Source: Minisyncoccota bacterium (lineage in GTDB: Bacteria > Patescibacteriota > Minisyncoccia > Phycocordibacterales > PALSA-1337). From it: DNA of 64,000 nt. Of the stretch, positions 1-9,276 are shown in pieces (position 1 is the stretch's first letter; the number at the start of each line of letters is the position of its first letter). Where the stretch lies: positions 61,824 to 125,823 of the forward strand of contig JBAYJB010000001.1 in assembly GCA_041665325.1 (NCBI GenBank), given 5' to 3'. A model generated the notes under the pieces. That model was not told the DNA's origin, searched no databases, and was given only the letters and a program-made list of their open reading frames with translations. The position numbers were made by a program, and so were the translations under genes.

Positions 1-312
1 TCCACAGGTCACGAAGACCATGTCGGCTCCTTTGACAGCCTCCTGGATCTCATCTCGTGTCTCTTCGGCGGCGCGTCGTCCGATCTCTGGATTCATGCCT
101 GTGCCGAGTCCACGGGTGATATTCTTGCCCATATGGATGCGCTTCTTGGTGAGGGAGCGGTGCAGATCCTGAGCGTCAGTATTGAAAGCGATGAAATCCA
201 CGCCCCTCACCTTGGAGCTGACCATGTGATTGAGGGCATTCTGGCCGGAACCCCCGATGCCGAGGACTTTGATGCGGGCGAAGGCTTCGATGGGAGGGGT
301 GATGTGGGGCAT
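1..312 (-). CDS. ftsZ: Cell division protein FtsZ, 5' part (runs off the left edge)
   Basis: Manual translation from ATG at 312: [30 protein letters not shown]...[11 protein letters not shown]...[19 protein letters not shown]...[10 protein letters not shown], FtsZ N-terminal motifs; downstream of ftsA. Confidence 0.95.
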   Translation of the reverse strand, partial: MPHITPPIEAFARIKVLGIGGSGQNALNHMVSSKVRGVDFIAFNTDAQDLHRSLTKKRIHMGKNITRGLGTGMNPEIGRRAAEETRDEIQEAVKGADMVFVTCG

Positions 313-418
313 AGGTAGTGGTTAGACGGCGGTTGATCGGTTAATGATGGTTTTCATATTAGCACATGAAGCACCGGGCGCAATAGCGCCTGTCTGCGCT
401 ATCGGTTATACTGGCCCG

Positions 419-796
419 ATGCGTATATACCTCTGGGCCATGTTCGTCCTCTTCCTGGTCATGGTTGGCAACATCGTCGGGATCACCAATCATCTGTATG
501 TCAGCATCGACTCATACGATATCTTCATGCATATCGCTGGCGGGCTCGGCATCGGCCTATTCGTAGCTGCCGCTCTGGAGCTCCATGCCCCGGGGGTTCT
601 GCGCACGAGGAGTATGGTCATCGGCGCCGTACTTGCTGCTGGGATCGCTTGGGAGCTTTTCGAGGTCTACTATGGGATCGCTGGGGCGCCGCTCGGCACC
701 AAGGCATACTGGGTCGACACGATCAAAGATCTGATCGACGACACCCTGGGAGGGTTCGTCGTAGCTTTCGTCCACGCGAGATTCCGGATGAGATGA
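419..796 (+). CDS. Hypothetical integral membrane protein (about 4 TM; HxxGG, WExxE and DTxxD motifs)
   Basis: ORF 344..796; ATG at 419 preferred because TATACT lies 6 nt upstream; hydrophobic helices. Confidence 0.7.
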   Translation: MRIYLWAMFVLFLVMVGNIVGITNHLYVSIDSYDIFMHIAGGLGIGLFVAAALELHAPGVLRTRSMVIGAVLAAGIAWELFEVYYGIAGAPLGTKAYWVDTIKDLIDDTLGGFVVAFVHARFRMR

Positions 797-808
797 ACGG
801 CCGGATCC

Positions 809-1990
809 TCAAGGCAAAAATTGTTTGAACCACCTCACGAGCATCTTCCAGAATTGTTTGATGACTTCCGGCCCGCGGTTGAGCTCCGGCCCGTCCTCGG
901 TAGACATGCCCCAGATGCACAGGCCGTAAGCCACTGCCCAGGTGGCGTCTTTGAACGAGGATTTGCCGTCCGCCGCCCCGATCGAGCCGATGCGGGAAGG
1001 CAGTTTGAGGGCGACCTTGGCCATGGTGCCGATAGCGTTCAAGCTGGAGCCGCCGCCGGTGATGACGATGCCGGCCGGCAGGAGGCCATTCCGGCCGATC
1101 TTCTTGAGATGGGCCTCGATGAGCTCGAAGATGTCCGAGAGCCGCGCGGCCACAATCTCCTCCAGCTTCTTTCTCGGGAATGAACTGCCGGTGATGGCGC
1201 CGATCTTGATCTGTTCGGCTTCTTCGAGCGGGACCTTGAGGCCGAGGGCGATGTCGTTGGTGATGTCGGTCGAGCCGATGGGGAAGACCTCGAGGGAGGT
1301 CGGGATATTGTTCTCGAAGACGGCGATCGAGACCGTCTCGGCGCCGATGTTGGCCAGGATGCATCCGGCGACTTTCTGGCTCTTCGACAGGGTCACGAAG
1401 CCGGCGGCTACGGGCGCGACCATGACATCCTCGACTTCAATACCGGCCTCGTTGACGGCGGCGATCGTGTCGGTCACATGGTGGTCGAGACAGGTGATGA
1501 AGAGCGTCTTCTGTTCGATCTTGTTGCCGGAGAGACCGAGCGGTGAGCCGAGCGCCGGTTCGCCGTCGATCTTGTATTGCAGCGGGATCTCATAGATGAT
1601 CCGGCGGTTGCCGATGGCAGTGCGGGGGATGTCCTTCTCGCTCTGCTCGCGGAGCTTGTCGAGGTCGAGCTCGGTGATCTCGGCATCGGCGCGCGAAGTC
1701 ATGACGCTTGTCGTGACGACCACGCTGCCGAGCCCGATGCCGCCGACGCCGACGAAGGCCTTCTTGACCTTGACTCCAGCCTTGTCCTCGGCGATCTTGA
1801 CGGCCCGACGGATGCTCTCGGACACATCGCGGACATTGGTGATATAGCCGTGGCGTACACCGCGCGACTCGGTCGAAGCGGTGGAGATGGCCTTGGGCAT
1901 GCCGCCGTCGGTGCGCTCGCGCATGTCGACGATGACCACCTTGACGAAGCTGGTCCCGATGTCGATGCCTGTGATGATATTTCTGGCCAT
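809..1990 (-). CDS. ftsA: Cell division protein FtsA
   Basis: GIDIGTS, NIGAETVS, PIGSTDITNDIA and VITGGGS actin-fold motifs. Confidence 0.95.
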   Translation of the reverse strand: MARNIITGIDIGTSFVKVVIVDMRERTDGGMPKAISTASTESRGVRHGYITNVRDVSESIRRAVKIAEDKAGVKVKKAFVGVGGIGLGSVVVTTSVMTSRADAEITELDLDKLREQSEKDIPRTAIGNRRIIYEIPLQYKIDGEPALGSPLGLSGNKIEQKTLFITCLDHHVTDTIAAVNEAGIEVEDVMVAPVAAGFVTLSKSQKVAGCILANIGAETVSIAVFENNIPTSLEVFPIGSTDITNDIALGLKVPLEEAEQIKIGAITGSSFPRKKLEEIVAARLSDIFELIEAHLKKIGRNGLLPAGIVITGGGSSLNAIGTMAKVALKLPSRIGSIGAADGKSSFKDATWAVAYGLCIWGMSTEDGPELNRGPEVIKQFWKMLVRWFKQFLP

Positions 1991-2371
1991 TTAGATTTTG
2001 AATCGCGCGCGGACTTTGGCTTCTATACGCTCCATTGTAGCGCCATGGTCGTATCCTTTCAAATGGACCAAGCCGTGGATAAAGAGGAAGGGCACGAAAT
2101 TGTCATAGCTCCGGTTGAATTTTTTTGCTTCCGCTCTCGTTGCGGAGGGGCAGATGTAGATCTCGCCGGACTTCCTGGATAGCGGAAAGCTCAAGATGTC
2201 CGTCGGACGGTCCTGGTTGCGATAAATCTTGTTGAGCTTCTTGATGTGCGTGGCTGTGACGATGGTCAAGCCGAGCTCATAATCTTTGCCGAGCACGGCC
2301 TCTTTCATGGCGCGAAAACTCGCGTGAGGGATGCTCGCGCGAGTCTGGTTAGTCATGGAAAAACTGGACAT
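1991..2371 (-). CDS. ybeY: rRNA maturation RNase YbeY
   Basis: LNKIYR..DRPTDILSFP and HGLVHLKGYDH metal motif; ATG at 2371 overlaps the rpsU stop (TAATG). Confidence 0.92.
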   Translation of the reverse strand: MSSFSMTNQTRASIPHASFRAMKEAVLGKDYELGLTIVTATHIKKLNKIYRNQDRPTDILSFPLSRKSGEIYICPSATRAEAKKFNRSYDNFVPFLFIHGLVHLKGYDHGATMERIEAKVRARFKI

Positions 2372-2619
2372 TATCTCCTGGCGCCTCTTTCCGGAGTGGC
2401 CGGGGCCTTGCCGAGTTTGATCAGTAGGGCCATCTCGGCGCGTCTCTTGAGGGTCTTCAAGGTCTTCTGTTTGACTTTGTATGGCGATTGCTTGCGGCCG
2501 CTGAAGCGGAGGCTCCTCATGCGGGGGATGACTCCGGATGATTGGACTTTCCTCGAAAAGCGGCGGACTACGCCTAGGGCATTCTCGCCTGGGTTGCGGG
2601 TGATCTCGACATTTATCAT
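2371..2619 (-). CDS. rpsU: 30S ribosomal protein S21 (CPR-type)
   Basis: Basic 82 aa protein, V.....GEN....RRFSRKVQ.SG pattern of S21. Confidence 0.8.
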   Translation of the reverse strand: MINVEITRNPGENALGVVRRFSRKVQSSGVIPRMRSLRFSGRKQSPYKVKQKTLKTLKRRAEMALLIKLGKAPATPERGARR

Positions 2620-2702
2620 AGGTTTTCAGGATAACATGGATGGGGGAGGCGTGCAAATAAGTGGCGGCGAATCGGGTCACGGCCCGAACCAGTCGTTTTT
2701 CT

Positions 2703-2812
2703 CTCAAAAATTTCTAAGACATTTTGCGAAAAACGTTGTCTAGTAACATGGGCTACATAAGGCTCGTTTGAAATTCATAAATATTATGCGACATAAAACA
2801 GGCCTTCAGTTT
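2703..2812 (-). repeat. Dispersed intergenic repeat family B, long copy
   Basis: Reverse complement aligns ungapped with 49187..49296 (86/110 identical by manual count). Confidence 0.8.
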
Positions 2813-2928
2813 CTTCGAGGAAAAGAGACATTCCGATGAGGCGGGCAAATCCCTGTTTTGTTTACAGATAATAAAGATTCTGCTAGCATCGCATCAGAAC
2901 AGAAACCTAAAATAAAAAGGAGCATGTC

Positions 2929-3459
2929 ATGCATGAAGCAACAGTATGCCATCTCCTTCGCGGAGATAACGGCAATACAGAAGTGTTGTTGGGAGAAAGA
3001 TCGGGATTATTCGCGAACAATAAGTGGAATGGTCCAGGCGGGAAGCTCAGAGGATCCGAAGGTGTTCGGCATTGTCTCAAAAGAGAGGTCAAGGAGGAAG
3101 TCGGTAGTACGATCGACCTCTCTTCAGTCGAGCATTTTGCCACTGTGGATTTTTACCACAAGTTCCTCATGGAACATCGTCTGGAATGGACGGTCCATTT
3201 TTTGACCGCAACCAGATGGACGGGCGAGCCTAGACCCCTCGATGGTTTCAACCGTCTTGAGTGGTGTCCTTACGATGATCTGCCCTATGATCGGCTGATG
3301 AGCGATCAGATCGCTTGGTTGCCGCTAGCCTTGAGGAGACAGCCAGGTAAATTGCTTCTCGGCGAGATATTCTATGCCGGCGACGAATCTAGCCCTGTCG
3401 AGCGGGGTACATTCAGATTCGTAGATTGGAAAGAGTATGCATTCAAAAGAAGATCTTGA
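2929..3459 (+). CDS. NUDIX hydrolase (MutT/MTH1-like)
   Basis: WNGPGGKL...EGVRHCLKREVKEEVG Nudix box; W.....LPYD...D..WLP as in MTH1-like enzymes. Confidence 0.85.
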   Translation: MHEATVCHLLRGDNGNTEVLLGERSGLFANNKWNGPGGKLRGSEGVRHCLKREVKEEVGSTIDLSSVEHFATVDFYHKFLMEHRLEWTVHFLTATRWTGEPRPLDGFNRLEWCPYDDLPYDRLMSDQIAWLPLALRRQPGKLLLGEIFYAGDESSPVERGTFRFVDWKEYAFKRRS

Positions 3460-3498
3460 GTCACAGAGAAGGTTGTTCGAGCCTTCTCTTTTTGTTAT

Positions 3499-4770
3499 CT
3501 ATTTCCCCCAAAACGTCTTCTCGACCTTCTTCATATAATCAGCCAACTTCTCGAGCGGCACGACATCCTGCGAATAGGTGTCCACCTTGCGGACGATGGC
3601 GGTCTTGTCCATGGCCTCCTTCTTGCCCATGACGATGACATACGGGGTGTGATATCGCTCAACGGAAGAGACTTGAGCTCCGAGACGGTCTTTGGCGAGC
3701 GATAGGTAGAGGGGGATCTTGGCGAGGCGCAGCTGCTCCACAACCTGCAGGGAAGCAAGCTTTGATTCGCTGCCGAGTTGCACGAACGAAGCGATCGGGC
3801 GCTTGATCTTCTTGACAGTGTCGCGCAAATTCTGGTTGTTGCTCTTGATGAGGAGTGCCAAGCCGACGCCCTGGGTATCGCGGCGCAGTTCCAGCCTCTT
3901 GGCCAAGCCGTTGTATCGGACACCGATCCCCAGGATGTGGCTAGTCGATTTCGCCCCGGCCCCGGCGACGATAGCAAAGATCGTCTCCGTGCAGTATGAG
4001 CGATTGCCGATCAGGCCATTGTTGATGCTGTATGGGATGTTCAACTTCTCGAGATATTCTAGGACCTCCTCGAGGTGCCGGCGGCTGCCTTCCGAAAGGA
4101 AATCCATGGATCTCGGAGCGTGCTCATTGAGGGCCTTGCATCCGGCGTCGCGCGACGACAGGAGCTCGAATGGGTCGCGCTTGAGGATCTGGCGGCACTC
4201 CGGGCTCATGTCATTGATATGTTTGCGATAATAGCCGGTCAGCTCCCGGGTGAACCTGGTGATCGAATCGCGGTCGCCGACGCTATTGATCTCGACGGCC
4301 GTCTCCAGGTAGCCCTCTTCGGCGAGCATGGCTCGGCCAGCCTGGATGAGGGTGGCTTCGGCGATTGGCCCGGAAGTCCCCATGATCTCGAGATCGGCAT
4401 AACGATGGCAACCGGAGCGCTTGGTGGCGCCGCGATGCGGATCCTTGAAATAGAGGAGGACCGGCTGGGACCTGTCTTGCCACTTCTCACTCTCATATGT
4501 ACGGATCAGGGCAATCTTCTCCTCGACTCGCAAGGGCAGTCGTCCGTGGTCCTCGGTCTCATCGTCGACGAAGTCGCTATCGATGATACCCCGTGCGGCT
4601 TCAAGGTCGGCCTTCTCGATGGCCGGACTCTTGATCGGAGTGAATCCGTAATAGACCGCCACCTCGCCGATCTTGTCTAGATGTTCCACCGGCAAGAATT
4701 TAGAAGAAGCCGCCCGTGCGGCCTTCCTCTTTCTCACTAAAGAAGCATTGTTATTTGGTTTGGTCTTCAT
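3499..4770 (-). CDS. Histidyl-tRNA synthetase-like protein (degenerate catalytic motifs)
   Basis: HisRS layout (YGF..I..P, EINSVGD, YC.ETIF, G.RYNGL, C-terminal anticodon-binding domain) but no FRYERPQ.GR.RQF motif 2. Confidence 0.75.
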   Translation of the reverse strand: MKTKPNNNASLVRKRKAARAASSKFLPVEHLDKIGEVAVYYGFTPIKSPAIEKADLEAARGIIDSDFVDDETEDHGRLPLRVEEKIALIRTYESEKWQDRSQPVLLYFKDPHRGATKRSGCHRYADLEIMGTSGPIAEATLIQAGRAMLAEEGYLETAVEINSVGDRDSITRFTRELTGYYRKHINDMSPECRQILKRDPFELLSSRDAGCKALNEHAPRSMDFLSEGSRRHLEEVLEYLEKLNIPYSINNGLIGNRSYCTETIFAIVAGAGAKSTSHILGIGVRYNGLAKRLELRRDTQGVGLALLIKSNNQNLRDTVKKIKRPIASFVQLGSESKLASLQVVEQLRLAKIPLYLSLAKDRLGAQVSSVERYHTPYVIVMGKKEAMDKTAIVRKVDTYSQDVVPLEKLADYMKKVEKTFWGK

Positions 4771-5365
4771 GGTATTGGCCGGGGATCACCGCAAAGCTGT
4801 TTATCGGGATCAGTCGTACGATCGGCCGGCCGACGATGAACTTCTCGTCGAGAGGCCCCCAGACGCGGGAGTCGGAGCTCTGATTGCGGTTGTCGCCCAT
4901 AACGAAGTATTCGGTAGAGCCGAGCTTCGTGCCCGGCAGGGTCTCATGTGAATCATGGACGGCTTGGATATACGGTTCGGTCAAGGTCTTGGCCGCAGGT
5001 GCCGTCGAAGTTGCGGTGGACGATTCGGTGATGCTCACTTGGCCATCTTGTAAGCTCACAGTCTCACCGGGCAGGCCGATGATACGCTTGATATAGTAGA
5101 CACTCGGATTGTTGGGATATTCGAAAACGATGACATCGCCCCTTTGCGGCGCCTTGAAGTCATAGGTCAGACGGTCGACGATCAAGAATTGGCCGGAGGA
5201 GAAGGTCGGATCCATGGAAGCGCCGTTGACTACGAACGGTTCGGCGATGAAGTAGCGCACGGGTAGGGCGATCAGGAGGGCGACGACGATGACTTGGACC
5301 CATTCGCGCACATTGTGCCAAAATCCGGTCTTTTTCTGTGTCCCCTGGCCGTCTTCTAGCTGCAT
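4751..5365 (-). CDS. lepB: Signal peptidase I
   Basis: N-terminal TM, VNGASMDPT (Ser), YIKRIIGLPGE (Lys), GDNRNQSSDSR.WG. Confidence 0.95.
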   Translation of the reverse strand: MQLEDGQGTQKKTGFWHNVREWVQVIVVALLIALPVRYFIAEPFVVNGASMDPTFSSGQFLIVDRLTYDFKAPQRGDVIVFEYPNNPSVYYIKRIIGLPGETVSLQDGQVSITESSTATSTAPAAKTLTEPYIQAVHDSHETLPGTKLGSTEYFVMGDNRNQSSDSRVWGPLDEKFIVGRPIVRLIPINSFAVIPGQYHEDQTK

Positions 5366-5419
5366 AGTGGAGGCATTGTAGTCCTAATCTCCGATCGATG
5401 CAAGTTTTTGTATGTCATG

Positions 5420-5532
5420 TGGTGAGAATGGAGAAGTTGTTGAGGAGCACGGATATTTTCCTGCTGGAAAATTCCTCGTGCTCGCGCCAGTCGCGCTCGC
5501 AAGTCTCCTCAACAATTTCTCCATTCTCACCA
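5420..5532. repeat. 113-nt element family A, copy 1 (28-bp inverted arms around 56-nt core 5448..5503)
   Basis: Core CACGGATATTTTCCTGCTGGAAAATTCCTCGTGCTCGCGCCAGTCGCGCTCGCAAG; arms 5420..5447 and 5505..5532 complementary with one G-T pair. Confidence 0.92.
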
Positions 5533-5558
5533 TTCTGCTTCCATGATAGACTTTTGCT

Positions 5559-6176
5559 ATGACTCACATCATCGTAGGGCTCGGTAATCCTGGAGAAGAA
5601 TACGAAACCACTCGGCACAATGTCGGGCGCATCGTCCTCGACTACATCCGTAAGCAGTTGGGTGATGAAGACTTCGTCTTCGACAAGAAGCTCAACGCTC
5701 TGGTAGCCGAAGGTAAGGCGGGGAAGGAGAAGATGGTTCTGGTTGCGCCGGAAACATTCATGAATAATTCCGGCAAGGCCGTCGGTCAGCTCATCAAGAA
5801 CAAGAAGGCCATGCCTGCCGGCAGGCAGGCCGCCGAGCGTCTCGTAGTCATATACGACGACTTCCAGCTGCCGATCGGCCGCATGAAGATCTCTTACAAC
5901 AAGAGCTCCGGTGGACACAATGGACTCGAGTCGATCATCAAGGCAGTCAAGACCGAAGCCTTCCCGCGTATCCGTATCGGTACAGCTCCGGCTAACTCGA
6001 AGGGCGATGCCAAGATACCGCACGGCGATGACAAGATCGAAAAGTTCATCTTGGGCAAATTCAAACCAGACGAGATCAAGGAGATAAAGAAAATAGCCAA
6101 GCTGGCTAGCGAAGCTGTAGAGATGATCGTCACAGAAGGCCGGGAGAAGGCGATGAGCGTATTCAACGGGAAGTAG
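5559..6176 (+). CDS. pth: Peptidyl-tRNA hydrolase
   Basis: IVGLGNPG.EY..TRHNVG, PETFMN.SG, GGHNGL.SI, RIRIG. Confidence 0.96.
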   Translation: MTHIIVGLGNPGEEYETTRHNVGRIVLDYIRKQLGDEDFVFDKKLNALVAEGKAGKEKMVLVAPETFMNNSGKAVGQLIKNKKAMPAGRQAAERLVVIYDDFQLPIGRMKISYNKSSGGHNGLESIIKAVKTEAFPRIRIGTAPANSKGDAKIPHGDDKIEKFILGKFKPDEIKEIKKIAKLASEAVEMIVTEGREKAMSVFNGK

Positions 6177-6199
6177 CAGGGAAGGCAAAAATCAGCAAT

Positions 6200-6232
6200 A
6201 AAAAAACGGGGGTCCCACAAGCGGACCCCCGT
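6200..6232 (-). terminator. Intrinsic terminator
   Basis: ACGGGGGTCC/GGACCCCCGT 10-bp stem followed by a T-run on the minus strand. Confidence 0.8.
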
Positions 6233-6453
6233 AACCACTATACGGAACAACCAAACAGAAGATGATATAGAAGAACTTGAGAGGGGGACACCGGAGGCAG
6301 GATTTCGCGTCTCTGCCTCCGGGTCATGGCCAGCGGAGAAAAGGTCTCCCGCGGCGCTTCACCCTGTGCTCGCCGACGCGACGGAGTCGTGTCGTGATGG
6401 GCCCGGTGTCGTGAACACGGGCGGGTTGGTAGACCCCTGTCGAGCGGCTAGCT
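6200..6453 (-). ncRNA. Candidate structured non-coding RNA (about 250 nt), family unknown
   Basis: TTGACT-17-TATATT promoter at 6488..6460, several GC-rich hairpins, ends in an intrinsic terminator; no convincing ORF. Confidence 0.45.
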
Positions 6454-6459
6454 ACGGAC

Positions 6460-6488
6460 AATATACACCCTGACTCTAAAATAGTCAA
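6460..6488 (-). promoter_or_regulatory. Sigma70-type promoter
   Basis: TTGACT (6488-6483), 17-nt spacer, TATATT (6465-6460). Confidence 0.6.
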
Positions 6489-6522
6489 GTCCTTGCCGCG
6501 CCTGTACCAGGCTGTATATCGG

Positions 6523-7779
6523 CTATTTCTCGCCGGTGTAGGATAGAGCCATCTTCTGGTCCTTGGGGTCAAAAAGGGTGATCTTGAAGGGATAGGTCTT
6601 GCCGAGCTCGAGAGACTTACGGAGCTTCTCCTCGGAGCCGAATTCCGAGACATGGACCAGGCCGGCTACGCCTTCCTCGACTGAGGCGAGCGCACCGTGC
6701 TTGTTGAACTTGATGATCACGCCGGTGACGGACATATCTTTCCTGTACTTGGAAGCGGCTTCGAGCCACGGGTTCGGCTTGAGCTGTTTGATGGAGAGGG
6801 AGATCTTGCCGTCCTTGATCTCGATGATCTTGGTGCGGATCTTTAGGCCCGTCTTCACGAAGTTGTGAGGATTATCCACGAGGCCCCAATCGATCTCGGA
6901 GATATGGACGAGGCCTTCGAGCCCCTCCTCGAGCTTGACGAAGACGCCGAAGTCCACGACGCCGGTGACTTGACCATCGACCTCATCGCCGATCTCGTAT
7001 TTGCTGACGATCTGCTCCTTTTCTTTGTGCTCGGAGCCCTTCTCGGAGAAGATGAGCTTGCCTTCCTTGGGGTCGGCCGTGATGATCTGGAGCGCCAGAC
7101 GGGTGCCGACGAGCTTTTTGAGCTCTTCGAGGATCTTGTCCTTGTCGCCGTCAGAAACGCGCGGATAATGCTCGGCCTTGAGCTGGGATGCCGGCAAGAA
7201 ACCGACGATGCCCTGCCATTCGACGAGCAAGCCGCCCTTGTTGGCTTCCTTGACCGGCAGATCGAGTGTGCGCTTCTCGCGGATAGCGGCTTCGGCCTCA
7301 TTCCAGATGAGGGCCTGGCGTGCTTCCTTGAGGGAAAGTTCGAAGTAGCCCTCCTTGTGAGTGTCGTCGACGATCTTGGCGGCTACGGTGTCGCCGATAT
7401 TGATCTTCTTGATGACATCGCGGGCGATGATGTATTCGCGGCCGTAGATGATGCCGGTGCCGAACGGTGCGAGGTCGATATAGACGGAAGCCTTGTCGAG
7501 AGCGATGACCGGGCCTTCGACCAAGTCGCCGATGGCCGGCGGATTCTTCATGGCTAGGATGAGAGGAGCCATGGGGCTGGCCTTCTGGGCGTCGGTAAAT
7601 TCCGGCTCGTCCTTCTTGACGGCCGGTTTGCTAGGGTCTCTTGGTTCTTTGATAACAGTCTTCTTGGCGTCTTCTTTGGCTTGTTCTGGCTTGATGGTAG
7701 CTTCCGAGGTTATCTTGCTTGGCGCGGCTTGCTCGGCCTCTTTGTGGCCGGTGAGGGTCTCTTTGAGTTTTTTGAACAT
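6523..7779 (-). CDS. rpsA: 30S ribosomal protein S1 (S1 RNA-binding domain protein)
   Basis: Repeated S1 domains: KEANKGGL..GFLPASQL, VVDFGVFV...EGLVHISEI, GLVHVSE. Confidence 0.9.
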   Translation of the reverse strand: MFKKLKETLTGHKEAEQAAPSKITSEATIKPEQAKEDAKKTVIKEPRDPSKPAVKKDEPEFTDAQKASPMAPLILAMKNPPAIGDLVEGPVIALDKASVYIDLAPFGTGIIYGREYIIARDVIKKINIGDTVAAKIVDDTHKEGYFELSLKEARQALIWNEAEAAIREKRTLDLPVKEANKGGLLVEWQGIVGFLPASQLKAEHYPRVSDGDKDKILEELKKLVGTRLALQIITADPKEGKLIFSEKGSEHKEKEQIVSKYEIGDEVDGQVTGVVDFGVFVKLEEGLEGLVHISEIDWGLVDNPHNFVKTGLKIRTKIIEIKDGKISLSIKQLKPNPWLEAASKYRKDMSVTGVIIKFNKHGALASVEEGVAGLVHVSEFGSEEKLRKSLELGKTYPFKITLFDPKDQKMALSYTGEK

Positions 7780-8009
7780 AATTTGTTCCGCGCGCCGGCC
7801 TCTGGGTTATGATAAAGAGGGCGGGATGACGCGGACTGGTTAAATAAGGAACTGGGAGACTATAGCGTATTATTGGCAGATTGTCTATTGCTGGGTTCCA
7901 GTAACCGGTTATCGGCGGCTATTACTCCCGTCAACTTCTCTGAAGTGACCGGAAAGTGGTCACTTTGAGGAAGGAGCAAGAAGGGTATCTATCACTGGGC
8001 CGTACTACT

Positions 8010-8060
8010 AGACCATACTTTTCATGTTTTGACTTAGAAATTTTTGAGCACCGGAGACAT
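8010..8060 (+). repeat. Dispersed intergenic repeat family B, short copy
   Basis: AGACCATA...GTTTTGACTTAGAAATTTTTGAG..CCGGAGACAT, shared with 49258..49308. Confidence 0.75.
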
Positions 8061-8157
8061 GCCACCTACGCAAAAAATCAATAATAATCAAATCACCCCC
8101 CACCCCTTATTTGATTTATTCATTGAAACAGTCACGGTTCTTTGCTATGCTCGACTC

Positions 8158-8790
8158 ATGATCATCACCTATCTCGGCGGAGAATTCGTCAAAGTGCAGT
8201 TTGGGGACACCATCCTAGCCTTCAACCCAGTTTCCAAGGACTCGAAACTGCCGACCGCTAAGTTCGGGGCCGATATCGTGCTCTCCAGTCTCAACCATCC
8301 TGATATGAATGGCGTGGACCAAGTCTCATTCGGGGACAAGAAGGCCTTCGCGGTCACGGGCCCCGGCGAGTTCGAGATCAAGGGCGTCTTCATCAAGGGT
8401 CTGGCCTCCGAGTCTGGCTACGACGGCGAAAAGAGGATCAACACCATCTTCACGGTCGCCCTCGAGGGCATGAATATCTGCTATCTCGGCGCGGTCAACC
8501 AAGCAGAATTGCCGACGGAGGCCGATGAAGCCATCGACGGAGTCGACATCCTGTTCGTCCCGATCGGCGGCGATGGTGTGCTCGATCCGGCCAAGGCCTA
8601 CAAGCTCGCTGTCTCCATCGGTCCCAAGATCATCATTCCCATCCACTACGGAGATATGGGTGCCAAGGACTCTCTCAAGGTATTCCTCAAGGAGGCTGGG
8701 GAGAACCCCAAGCCCGAGGCCAAGTTGACCATCAGGAAGAAGGACCTGGAAGGGAAGGATGCCGATGTGGTGGTGCTCGAGAAGGAGTAG
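8158..8790 (+). CDS. MBL-fold metallo-hydrolase (Zn-dependent, lactamase_B_3-like)
   Basis: MIITYLG.., ADIVLSS..HPDMN, DILFVPIGG, PKIIIPIHY; ATG at 8158 follows TATGCT by 6 nt. Confidence 0.85.
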   Translation: MIITYLGGEFVKVQFGDTILAFNPVSKDSKLPTAKFGADIVLSSLNHPDMNGVDQVSFGDKKAFAVTGPGEFEIKGVFIKGLASESGYDGEKRINTIFTVALEGMNICYLGAVNQAELPTEADEAIDGVDILFVPIGGDGVLDPAKAYKLAVSIGPKIIIPIHYGDMGAKDSLKVFLKEAGENPKPEAKLTIRKKDLEGKDADVVVLEKE

Positions 8791-8802
8791 TATAATACCC
8801 GT

Positions 8803-9099
8803 ATGGCTATCGAAGCATATCTAGACAACCTCCGCACCAAGCCAGAGCATGTCCGCCGCCGTTTCGCTTTCTGGTGGGCGCTGGCTCTGACCGCGCTCAT
8901 CGCGATCTTCTGGTTCGGTTCGATCACCGGTTTCAGTTTGAGCAAGAATGCGGCCGTCGCCTCGGCTACCCAAAAGATCTCTTCTCCCAGTGCCGCTCTG
9001 GTAGCGGGGATCGGCTCGCTCGGCAAGGATGTCTGGGAGCTGGTCTTCGGACCGAAGAAGGTGGTCTATTCCGAAGTGGAGGTTCTGCCGGGGAAGTAA
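8803..9099 (+). CDS. Hypothetical single-TM protein
   Basis: LR.KPEHVRRR followed by a hydrophobic helix; TATAAT 6 nt upstream of ATG. Confidence 0.75.
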   Translation: MAIEAYLDNLRTKPEHVRRRFAFWWALALTALIAIFWFGSITGFSLSKNAAVASATQKISSPSAALVAGIGSLGKDVWELVFGPKKVVYSEVEVLPGK

Positions 9100-9114
9100 C
9101 GATACCGTCTACAT

Positions 9115-9154
9115 TACTGGACCATACTTTTGTGGTTTTGACTTAGAAATTTTG
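9115..9154 (+). repeat. Dispersed intergenic repeat family B, short copy
   Basis: GACCATACTTTTGTGGTTTTGACTTAGAAATTTT, upstream of gyrA. Confidence 0.7.
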
Positions 9155-9276
9155 TGGAGAAAATAGAACTCTGCCGACAACCCTTTATTTGAAAAGTATT
9201 TTAATAAAGCTTTCTCTCAAAACTCGCTAAAACCCCATTGCAAAACACGCCATTTTTTGCTATAATTGTCTGACGA

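Noticed and set aside
1991-2707. 238 aa version of YbeY
   Set aside because: The upstream part overlaps rpsU in another frame; homology starts at ATG 2371.
2774-2797. dif-like sequence (TGTCGCATAATATTTATGAA on the minus strand)
   Set aside because: Spacing and the XerD arm do not match dif, and it is part of a multi-copy repeat; mentioned only within the family B finding.
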